From the NCBI GenBank assembly GCA_051362555.1, contig CM120642.1, positions 20,150,001 through 20,214,000 of the forward strand: a stretch of DNA of 64,000 bases, written 5' to 3'. Below the pieces are notes generated by a model, which made no database searches, had not been told where the DNA came from, and saw only the letters and a program-made list of their open reading frames with translations. The position numbers were made by a program, and so were the translations under genes. Within the stretch, counting starts at the first letter, position 1; each line of letters opens with the position of its first letter. The stretch is from Lingula anatina. Lineage: Eukaryota; Animalia; Brachiopoda. This document shows, one piece after another, positions 1 to 11,600 of this stretch.

Positions 1-440
1 CCTTTAATTTATAATGAAAAAATGAAGTAATATATTGATTTATAGATTTCTATGGCATATCTATATCGATTACATTCCTTCAAAATCTTTACGAAATAAA
101 ATGTTGTTTCTCTTTTAACACAGACACTCAATGTATTTCAAATTTATGACAGTTACTGATTTTTCATTTTTTGTGTGTAATCAGCAACATACACCCTATG
201 AGTGTCAAACTGTTTGTTTTACTTCAAATTTGCTGAGTAGCTGTGAATGATAAAAATAATAAGCTATCTGTCGTGTTGTCCATGTGCACTTTTGCTGTTC
301 AATAATGTTTCTTTGCCATATATATGATGATGAAACACATCAACTTTTCTTTTTCCATCTTCTGAAAAGTAAGTCTTTGAAATAAAAACTTTTTCAAACA
401 ACTGTGAACCTTTCTAAAGTTTTAAAGAGGTGTGGTTATG

Positions 441-3400
441 TCAGCTTGTGGATGAAATCCTTTGAATGTGCGGTCGTAACGCTGACATGGTAATCAAAAT
501 GGCCTCCTGAAATAATAAATAAACAACACTATAGGTATAAACTGAATTTCAGCAGTAATTTATCCAGATCTTTACGCTTGGTTTAAACAAGTGGTGTAAT
601 CAATTTTTGTGAAACTCCATGGATTCTCTATATTTATTGTTAAAATTTTACTTTATTCATCTAAAGTATAGGTTTTCTTACTAAGAAGTATTTTACATGC
701 ATTTTTAAGGCTAAAATTTACATCTAATCAAGGGCAAATTTGAGGAGCTGTGATTCATTATAATTTCACCCATCAAATCTACTTAACAAAATTTAAAAAA
801 ATCATAAATGGGCAATCTGCCAGCTGTGAGCTCTGCTTAGTCCTGCTGTATAGGCACAATTACAACGGTCCATAGAGCCCTGCTGCATAACTTACCTCAG
901 TTCTTATAGTCCTACTCCCCTGACCAGGGCATGTGTTAAGATAATGGTCAAACAGTAAACTAGGGTCCTCTATGTCCAACTTAGTGTCCACCTCCAGACT
1001 GGCCTCTAGACCCTGGACACCACCATATACTATTAGTAAGTGTCTGGAATATAGAGAATGACCAGGGAATTGAGTAATCACAGGGTGCTGAAAATGTGAT
1101 TTTGAGGAATGTGGTATTATATTTCTGTGCTCTCATATCCCAAACCGATACAGCTATAATTTTTGAATAATTTCAAATTCAAGGTGAAGGATGATTTGCA
1201 AAACTGGATCTGGGTTTCTTGCAAATCATAAACTTTATGTGACTATCTAACAACAAGCTATGGCTAATTTGTTGGCATAATAAAGAAATGGTTATTTACA
1301 GATAGCTTAACAAAACAATAAATTGCAGCATTTCCAAAATCTGGAATCTCACCTAAAATCCTTCATTTTCAGAGTGTCCACATTTTCCCCTCTTTCTGAA
1401 GTCCCAATCATCAAATCATATCCACCGTCATAGGGAGATTCTGTGAACACAGAGCTGAGACTGTCAGCTAGACGCACACTGTATCCCCAGTAAAGGTCCT
1501 CCTTCTGTCTTGGAACAGAAGGTGGGACGACTTTGCCTTTCAGAGTCTTTTTATCTAGGTAAGACGCAAGAATTGAAACCAAAAACTGAACTATAAAACC
1601 AGTATCTTCTTTACAAACACCCAATTCTGTTAAAATACTTCAAACTAATGTGTTAGAAATAGATTATTATTCAAAATAAGATATAAAAATTATTTTCCCT
1701 GTAAAAAAATTTCATCTGATTCCAAACAGCTTAAACCACCATCAAGCAATCTTGCTGACAGTAACTTACTACTGCCCGGAAAGAGACCCAAATTATTTTC
1801 ATAGGCAAAATCTTAAAATATCATTTTAATTTGTCTTGTTTTGCAAAAGAATACAGCCAAAAGAAATATATAATTATAGTTATAACAAATATTGTATTAT
1901 CCTAATGATAACTTCTTTCCATTCATAGTTTAATGCGAGAGGAAGTATCTATGTTAAAATATCTTAGAAATACTGTATGATTTTTCACAAATATAAAGTC
2001 AAATCAGTGACTTCAGATTATCAGTGTGATTCAAGTCTTACATGTATTACCTGATTGTGTAGACTTTAATTTCACAGTTACTCTCACACCAGTTTGTAAT
2101 TGTAAATCCACTTGACACTCCTGAAAATGTACAACATCTGTAGGGAACAACACACAACTGGAAACAGAGTAGCTGTTTTATAACATGGAAATAATGGCAT
2201 GCTGTTTTGGCTCAACAATTACTTTAATTCCTAAAGTGACTGCTGTATATTCAATCTTAATTACGAGTCACTAAAGTAAACAGAGTTTTAGTCAAAAAGT
2301 TAAGGTGAACTTTAAGTGTGTAGTTCCTTTGTGAATATTCTTGATTTATATAATATTATTATCATTCTGAGTCACAAACCTTCCTTAACCCAATGTTAAC
2401 ATAAGATCCTTTCCCTTCTTTAACAGGTTTGTCCAGCACCACACCTTCCCTGTAGTTACACTCGTCCTCTGCCCGCATGTGGTGGGGACAGTCCAGAGGA
2501 TTCAGAAGACCTGGAAGCAGAAATATTTGGCAAACTTAAAGATGCACTTGAAATCAAACTTTTGCCACAAACCCGGCCAAATGCCACTGTATAGTTTCAA
2601 ATAGCATATCAACTTAAAGAAATATCAAATGGCATCATTTCATATTTTCCAAAAAATGATATATGGACAGATTATTGTGCTTTCTTTGTGTGCTATAAAT
2701 ATCCCTCAGCTGTCTCTTTGAAAAAGTATGCACTTGCACTCACAGCTATACATCCATTCATGAGAGTGAGAGTGATGATACTGCAATGTGCACACAGTAC
2801 TTTGTCTTTAGCTGACCTTTATGAACTAGATAGTCAGAAAAATAGGTCAATTTATGACCAAAGTTTAGAAGAAGGTCCTGTTTTAAAGCTATTTTTGGCT
2901 GAACTAGAGATTAATTTGATTTATGATTGGCATGCTGACTTTATTTCAGTTGTATAAAAACTAGCAGAAGTAGTTTATATGCGTTACTGGAAATTCAAAT
3001 CTACACTTGCTTAATATGTATCTTAAATTTTATATACACCTTTTTGATTCAGAACATCCAGGCACAGATACATTTGGTAATTTTTTTTTTTTTTTTGGCA
3101 ATTTTGATTTTATGCATTATTTTAAAAACCATTCTGATAGTAGTTATGTAGCATCTAGGGCAGCAGAAAACAGTAAGGCTTGATTCTTTGCAACAAGAGA
3201 TAATGATCTTCCTACACTGCAGTAAATCTACATGATACTAGTAACTGACAGACATGCAAATAAACTGTTTTTTTTAAGTCATTATTTGGTTCAAAATGAA
3301 GAATTCTTTAAGCAAAACTTTAGGTAACTTTTAAAACTTAGTCTGCTAACTTTCTGTGCAGTCTTTGCTTTCAGTTCTTTTCCTTTAGTGAAAGGCTCTC

Positions 3401-6379
3401 CACTCCAGAATACAAAGACTCACTTTGCCAATCAAGATAATTAAAACACTACTCTGAAATAAAACAGCCAGAGACAATGGTTAGAGGAATAACATCAGAC
3501 CTGCATACTGTAGATCAGTGTGCTGTGGAAACAGGGACTTTCTCAGGTATTGTGGACACTCCAGGTACTGCAGTATACGGGCCAGCTGGACATTAGCATG
3601 TCCCTTCTTACCTACGCCCGTGTAGAAACCACTGGTTGTACTGAAATATATATAACAAAGCTAGCTGCATTTGGGGATTTTAAAATGAGGAGATCACAGC
3701 TGCAGTATTGATGAGAATTGACACAAAATACAATGAGATGCTTTTGTACTGTTATTAAAATAATATAATTTCTTTTACAGACCAAAATAACATGCCAATC
3801 TCTCTCTATATTTCTAATTTCACTTTGAATAAAACAAAATATGTTATTTCAATCTTGAATAAAATATAAACAGCAAAACAGACAAAGCAAAAAAGCTTCC
3901 CTGCCATAAATATTTCTGAAATAAACATGCTAGCTATGCAACTAGTAATAAATGTGGGTTTATCGCAAGGCATTTGTATTGCATTTAAAAACTGCCACTA
4001 TTTCTTACTTTTCAGCTGATCCCGTCTCGTCAAAGATGATCACTTCATCCACCTTGAAGACTACTGCTGCTCTGGCTATCTGCAACCAGGGTATATATAT
4101 ATATGTTGCAGGCCAGATTGAAATCCAGGCTGGTGTAAAATCGACCATAGTCAAATTTTATTTTCAAATGCTATGTTTGTTTTCGCAAATTCTTCCTGAA
4201 ATGTAACAACTAGATTATATAGGATACACGCCATCTTTTGTACTCATGGCCACTATAATGAAGTGGGCACCTGAAAGACAACATCATAAGAAGTGAATGG
4301 AAAAAAGCAGGACTCTCGCCTGGGTATGAGGTTAAAAATATATATATGTCATAAACAATTAAATAGTCAGGATTACATTTGTCACCTGATTTAAATCTTC
4401 CTAAGTCAAATTGGAGTTTTGATCCTGAATAAGCCCAATTAAAATCTGAAAATAAAATTTGACTATGGTTGATTTTACACCAGCCTGGATTTCAATCTGG
4501 CCTGCAACATATATATCACACACACATACACATAAACCTGTATGATCAGTAACAAAAACCTATATATTGTAACCAACATCAGGGAAAAATAATGTGTTTG
4601 CCTTAACATCCATGTAAAACATTCATCACAATAGCAAACAAGAGAAAGTATTCATATTTTCTGTACTTTCAAGAGTACATTCATGAACTAAGCTCATCAT
4701 GAGCAGTGCTGCCACCAACACAAAGTTTAAGAGGCATTCTTTTTTAAATAATAATTATAACTATAAATTCTTTTATGGCACACATTCCATTAAAAAATCT
4801 CTGTGCGTCCCACAGAATATCTAAAATCAATTTTTTAAAACAGTGAAAATAAAGAAATTTAAATTACACTGACAATAAAAAGAATCCTCAAGAATTTTCT
4901 TTGATATAATTGTCATTAATTTCCCACCTGTCCTGCCAAGTATGTCCTCAACTCTGGGGACTGGGCATTGTCCAAGATGGACCCAGGCAAGGCAATGCTG
5001 ACTGTCCTTGTTATGGCATCTGATAGAGAAGCAAATTTCAGAAAATACATACATACATACATATGTACTTAACTAAATTATCATAATGAACATAGTTGTA
5101 TAGACTAAAGGCAAATTAGCAGTTAAAATGCTACAACCATAACTTACTGTAACTTGGATCACATCAAACAAATGATGAAATATTTCATTTTAATACTTTT
5201 TTAAAATACAACTATTAAAATGAAAGTTACTGTAATTCGAAGAGACATATTTTCTCACCTAACACCAATTATAGTAACACTTTGTACAACATCACTGACC
5301 TTCTTCTTTCTTTTCTTTATTCTTGGGATCGTCATCAGTTTTCCTTTTCTTATGTTTTTCTAATTCACTAAGCAGTTTTTCTTCCTTCCATTTTCTTCTT
5401 TGGGCTTTTACTATTTAATTTAACAGTGCAGTGTTTACAGTGATATTACCTTACAGTCACATGATATATTATGGGGGCGTCTCGATAGTCCGAAGGTTCA
5501 TTGGTCCGAAGGTTCATTAGTCCGAAAAGTGGTAACATTTTCATCGATTTTTTTAATCAAAGGTTCATTGGTCCGAAGGTTCTATAGTGAACATTCGGAC
5601 CAATGAACCTTCGGACCAATGAACCTTCGGACTATCGCTACGGCCCCTACATTATTAGACGTTTCATACAAAATGGTTGCTCAACTGTTGTTTGCAATTT
5701 GATTTATAACTACAAATGGCTGTAATAACATGATTTTGTCTTCTACAAGCAAGTTGGACATCTTCAACTACCAATAATAATCCAAACATAACCATTAACA
5801 GTATGTATTCATTGCCAATTATTGCCCAATTATGCCATAAAACCAAATAACAATTGCTCCTTTTGTATAAAGCTGACTTACTTTCTTTCCAGTTTTTGTG
5901 GTTTATTTGCTGTAAAATGAATATTGATCACATGTATAAATCACTATTAGCCCAGATCATCACAGTAAGCCATTAAAGTGAATATAAAAAGACAATAATA
6001 AATAAGCTAAAAAAAAAATGATAATAATACCAATAATTCATAAACAAATAATAAAAAATAAAGAAATAATATAGACAACTGCCATGTTTGTTGGGGCTTG
6101 TCTCGATGGTTATTCTGGGTATTTTCTCAAAATGCATATAAAACGAGAATATGAGTGCTCAAAACTGATTAAGAAGACTGGGTGCGGGGGGGGGGGGGGG
6201 GGGGAGGGCGAAGGACTTCGAATTTTATTTAGTACATGTACCATGATTTTTTGACGCAATACACAAGCTTAAACAGATGGAAGCATCAAAACACAAAACA
6301 CTGCTCTTTACTTAATTCAATGACGATTTAGTATTATCATCACCTCTGTCGACTTCTTGTAATCTTGAAATGAATCCAT
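441..6379 (-). CDS. SPOUT1: SPOUT-domain methyltransferase (C9orf114/SPOUT1/CENP-32 orthologue), 11 coding exons, ~364 aa
   Basis: GT-AG exons with consistent phases: 6344-6379, 5882-5909, 5300-5410, 4928-5019, 4009-4079, 3501-3640, 2380-2510, 2051-2120, 1353-1554, 896-1043, 441-506 (1095 nt including TGA). The translation has family hallmarks: TVSIALPGSILDNAQSPELRTYLAGQIARAAVVFKVDEVIIFDE, QLARILQYLECPQYLRKSLFP, GLLNPLDCPHH, YWGYSVR, YDLMIGTSERG, YLNTCPGQGSRTIRTEEAILI. The first two small exons are the least certain. Confidence 0.95.
4104..4509. mobile_element. MITE with ~65-bp terminal inverted repeats (TGTTGCAGG...CCTGCAACA) in (TA)n
   Basis: 4104-4168 is a near-perfect reverse complement of 4444-4509; TA repeats on both flanks. 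Confidence 0.8.
5473..5647. mobile_element. Foldback/MULE-like MITE with 16-bp subterminal repeats, copy A
   Basis: GGGG...CCCC ends and GGTCCGAAGGTTCATT repeats on both arms; 8-bp TSD TATATTAT/TACATTAT. Superfamily is tentative. Confidence 0.8.
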
Positions 6380-6757
6380 CTCACAACACGCACCTTGTCT
6401 CTCCACGATGTGACACAGTTTTATCCTAGCTTGACCTACTTACAAACAGTGACATCTATCGGTGTACAAACCAAGACAGGCTACTTTATTTACCCGCAGT
6501 CAGTCCATAGATACCTTGAAATTTGATCGACGTATTGTTTAAACCCATGTGACACCATACGAATTAAGAATTCAGTATTATAAAGGGTGCAAATAGGTCT
6601 TATGATTGTAGAAACAAAACTCTGAATACTGCAAAGATAACTGTTCACGAGTTGTTGAAGATTTTCGATCGGTTTGTCGATCAACAATACGTTGCCATCT
6701 TCAGTGACCCCATTTTCTCTGACCGTGGCGCTGTCCTCTGCGTCAGGTTGCGGCCAG
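6380..6757. promoter_or_regulatory. Putative bidirectional promoter and 5' UTR region shared by SPOUT1 and the Roco gene
   Basis: SPOUT1 ATG at 6379 (-). A strong plus-strand donor CAG|GTAAAG at 6757/6758 lies in a locally CpG-richer patch and would splice to the acceptor at 7501-7502, 6 nt before the Roco ATG. Transcription starts cannot be seen. Confidence 0.5.
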
Positions 6758-7221
6758 GTAAAGATAATTTGTTATCAATTACGTATCATATGAGTGGGTA
6801 CATTTGACTTGCAGATATGTGTAGTGTTATCAGGGGTATAATTTTTCATTGGAGAATTTAAATTTACTCTACAATCAATACTATAGTTTCACTTTTTGAT
6901 GTCCATTTTCCGTTCTTTTTTTCACCTCGTACCATCTTCATGGCGGGGTGTATACCGCCGTACAGTATGGTGGAAATTCAGAGGCTTTATGCTTTAAATT
7001 TCGAATGAGTGATGAATTATTTATTTCAAATTATTTGTACTGGATTTTATGAGTCTGATAGTGAGTTTTTGTCTGTTCATGATTTCTGTCCTGATTATAT
7101 GAATCCAGGCAGTGGAAGCTGTTACTGCCTGCGGTTTATTAGTCAGTGTTAATAAAGATTATACACAACTTTTTTTACAACTTTTATAATGACTTAACTG
7201 AGCAGTTTAGAATGTATATAA

Positions 7222-7395
7222 GGGGCCGTAGCAATAGTCCGAAGGTTCAATAGTCCGAAGGTTCATTGGTCCAAATATTCACTATAGAACCTTCGGACCA
7301 ATGAACCCTTGATTAAAAAATCGATGAAAATGTTACCACTTTTCGGACCAATGAACCTTCGGACCAACGAACCTTCGGACTATCGAGACGCCCCC
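7222..7395. mobile_element. Foldback/MULE-like MITE, copy B (inverted relative to copy A)
   Basis: Reverse complement of 5473-5647; perfect 8-bp TSD GTATATAA at 7214-7221 and 7396-7403. Confidence 0.85.
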
Positions 7396-7508
7396 GTATA
7401 TAATACATGCACCAGTATTTACATGTATGTAAACAAGACTATAATTTGGTTTGTTATTGTGAACATTATTTAATTTTTTAACTCTTAATTTTATTTTTGT
7501 AGTGAGAG

Positions 7509-8624
7509 ATGGATTTCAGTCAAGGCCATTATGCATATTGTGTTGGTTCAGCATTTGAAAGTTCAGCCAAATCAACAGACAAGTAAGTAAATTAGCTGAG
7601 TTATATTCAGATATGCATATTAGATAAAATGTTTTGTCAGACATCTATATGAAATAAAAATAATTAATTTAAAGGTTGTTACACCTATATATAATACTGG
7701 GCATGCAACTATTAGAGCATGGAAAAATATTTGCATAGTTATATCACATCTGCAGGGTTCTGATGAATCACTTGGTAATTGACATACCGTATATACAGGT
7801 GGCTACACACAGACTTGAAACCAGTCCTTTAAAACATAGTAATGGACGTTAAAAATTACGGTTTGGATCTCCATGAAATTTGGCACAGTCGTTGAGAGTG
7901 TAAGAGAAAGATACAGAGAAGATGATCTAATCTTAATATTACACTATTTCAGTGGCCTTCCAACCCCAGTGGAGGTCCGAGACAAGACATGGCTGGTCTA
8001 TTTTAGCTTACCCAAACAAGTGCCAAATTGGAAGAAGAAAAAACGCACAAAAACTATAGTATTTGTGGCCGATAGCTCTGTAAGGATAATAAGTGAAAAT
8101 TCCATGACATTGTGCTCTGTAAAGGTTTAATGTACATTGTAAGGCCTAAAGTTAATATCAAGTTATTCTGTGCATTGAGTAATTGAAATGTGCCAGTTTG
8201 CACTCAAGCAAATCTTTATTTTCCTGTAAATACCTATATATAATACCTGGTTTGTGGACATTTTTCATTATGATAACTACAATAGATTATTTATCATGAT
8301 AAAAGTTTTGATAGGGATGGTTGCAAGATGAGCCTCTATCTATTTTTTTTTTCTTAAGGAATCTTTGCCTGCATGGCTTAGTAAAATCACTAGCTGCCCA
8401 GATACAAGAGATGCATTGATATATCATGTTGTGGTCCTTCAAACCAGTGGGAAAAGTACTATAGAGGTGGATGCTCAGTTAAGTGACTACCCACTTGGTG
8501 TCCTAGCCCTGGTCAGCCAGTGTTTAAAACTGTCCACAAAAGAGAAGAACCTTTCAGGACTTGTGGAATTGATGATTTTAGTAACTTTACAAAAAGGTAG
8601 GATTGGTGAATTAATTGTAATATA

Positions 8625-8675
<51 letters not shown>

Positions 8676-11600
8676 TGCTCTTAGACTCTAAAGAAGTGTC
8701 TTAACCATTATGATAAAGATAGCACTGAAAAAAAAGTTTGCAGAATAACAAATTGAAATGCAATACTTGGTCTGTTTATTTTTAAATTGGTGAATATAAT
8801 AAATTCCTAAGTGATATTTCTTAAATTGTGACTATGTTTTCAATAATCAGGATAATCAATAATCAAGATTAGATAGCTTGTCATGTTAGGAATTTTCTTA
8901 TTGAAATATGTTCATCATAATATGGCAGTCATATTGTGACACATTGATTTATAACTGCACAACAAAAAGCTGAGTGAGAAAAAAGATCTTACAATATACA
9001 TTCATCTTTAGATGTATATTTTCAGTATAAACAAACAAATAAATGAAATGATCGATTTTGAATTAACACATGTACGTGATAGTTAACACATCAGGTATGT
9101 TGTAATGGATTGCAAGCAATTATTTGGTTAATAATCAAAGTGTTTTTAATTAATTTTTAAAATTTCTATTGTATTTTTATAGAACTCCCGATTCTCAGGA
9201 ACTGCTCCCTGCCAGACAGTCTTCGACAACAAAGGGTGGGCTGTTATGATACTGTGGAGCTGTTTGTAAGTGTTTTAATGAAGGCCAATGATTGTAATGT
9301 CGTAATTATTGCTTTATGTTGTTGACTGTATCGTAACAGTTCTTGTTTTCTTTTTAGATAAGTAAATTTGTTTATTTATAAGTAATGTTTCATTCTGTCT
9401 TATTTCAATAAGATAGAAATACAGTTCCCATCCCTGCTCAAAAAATTAGTTCCTAGTATTGCTAATGTAAATTTAAACGCATGTTATAGCCATTCAGTTG
9501 CAGTGTTAAGAGGCTTTTCCAGGAACCTATATATTGAGAACTTTTTTAAACATTCTTTTATAAATTGTGGATGACACCTGGATATTTTTATCTCTGGAAT
9601 ACGTGTACCACAAATGGTCCCACTGGAATTGATGTATTTGGCCCTACAGTTCACTAAAAGCTGTTTTTCCTTTTGTAAGTTGACATTTTCTCTCCAGAAC
9701 TACATCAGCCAAGTACCAGAGGTTGAGTCCATCTTGTTTGTGAATGATGCTTGCCTTACAGACGTATTCTTCAAGATGTGTGACAATTTTAAGAAGGCAG
9801 GTTTCTTTTCTTTTTTTAAAACAAAGACTATTAGAGAAAGAAGCTGGTATAAGCTGTATTTTTGATTTTAAAATGATATATTTTATATTCAGTGGTAAAC
9901 CTAAGTATCAGGTCATATATGCTAACACACTACAATATATAATTATACTACTGATATTGATATTGATAAATCCAACAAGGCAAATAATAACGATTTCAAT
10001 TTTAGGACAAAATGGCTAAGCTGAAGAGAGTTGCCATCATGAACTGTCCACGTATCACAGACAATGGTTTATACTGGTTAGCCCAGCTGGTCAATGTGGA
10101 CACACAGGTTAGTGGTCAGCCTCTTGCCAGGGGGATGTTATGCCCCTATTTCACACAGACCACGAATCCCACGAATGGCCATGAATTGACAAATTTTACG
10201 ATTCGTGGTTGAATCGTAAACAGTTCGTGAAGTTCTTAACAGATTCGTATATATTCTTAGTCAGTTCTTGCACTTCTTGACCAACAAGAATTGGTGGCAA
10301 AAACTTTGTTGCCCCTATTTATCACAGACCACGAATCCCACGAATTGCCAGGAATTGAAAATTTCAGGATTCGTGGTTGAATCGTAATCAGTTCGTGAAG
10401 TTATTAACAGATTCATATATAATCGTAGTCAGTTCTTGCAATTCTTGATCAATCGGGAATTCGTGGCAAAAAAATTGAGCTGTTCAAAGTCTTGGCCACG
10501 AACTCCCGATTCCAAAAAATCGTAGTGAATTTCTGGACAATATTCGTGCAATTCCAGCCGAATCCCACGAATATTCGTAACACTATTGCACCTGTATCAT
10601 AACTGAATCGTGAGCATGTCGAATTAGACCAGAAAATTTCACGAATCCTCACGAATCCTGATATTTGTCAATTCCTGGCGATTCGTGGGATTCGTGGTCT
10701 GTGTAAAATAGGGGCCTTAGTGGTCAGCCTCATGCCAGAGGGACGTGAGCAATGGGGTCTGTTGTTGGTTTGAATGCTTTTGAAATTGTGTGTGGATAAG
10801 TGGTGGTATTGAGGTCCCCACAGGGAAATTTCTCATTCTTTGGTTGGTCCTAGGTATGAGATTGAGTTAGTTTATACAGTGTATTAAAATCATGTGTGTG
10901 TGTATGTGTATGTGTGGGGTACGTACAAGCTGTATTGTAAACATTGTTACAAATACATCATTGTAGCAGAAATCAAGTGCATCTATGTATATACTGTAAC
11001 ATTCAATGTACATATGTAACTACACTGCAGGCTCTACTATTTACTAATCAAAATGTCAAATGCAGTCAGTGAATCACTTCTGATTTCAGTAATATACTAA
11101 GATATATTTAATAAATATATATATTATATTTTATAGTTTTCTATTGCGTCTCTTCCCAGGTGACAATAGCAGATTGTCCCAAGGTGACAGAGCTGGGGCT
11201 TTCATACATACAGTATGAAATGGGGATACAAGTGGATACATTAGAGGGTGAAAAAGAAACAGGTATATGATCCTATGGAGTGTATTCTGGTATGATGTGG
11301 TTATGGTGCTGTGTAAGACTAGTGTCTCTATGCAGCTGTAGAATTCAACCCAGTCAAGGGATGAATTTTAAGAAAATTGCCTTTTCGAAGACTTTTAGCC
11401 TAATATGAAAAAATGTTCATTCATTGGTTATGAAAATCTTTGAGCATTGCAAATTTAAGCTTTTCTTATGAAGTTGCCACCGAGTGCTTTATTTATGCAC
11501 TTTATCCCTTATATTAACTCAGATGATTGAACTTAAAAGTGATTTTGTTGTAAGGATGATTTGTTTTCTTGTTTGAAATAGTTCTGAAAGGAACGTTATG

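Noticed and set aside
7222-7395. Reading the two inverted MITEs as ends of one composite transposon carrying the promoter
   Set aside because: Each copy has its own distinct 8-bp TSD, which shows separate insertions.
11290-11370. Possible tRNA-derived SINE head
   Set aside because: Only vague A/B-box similarity; no cloverleaf, tail or TSD.
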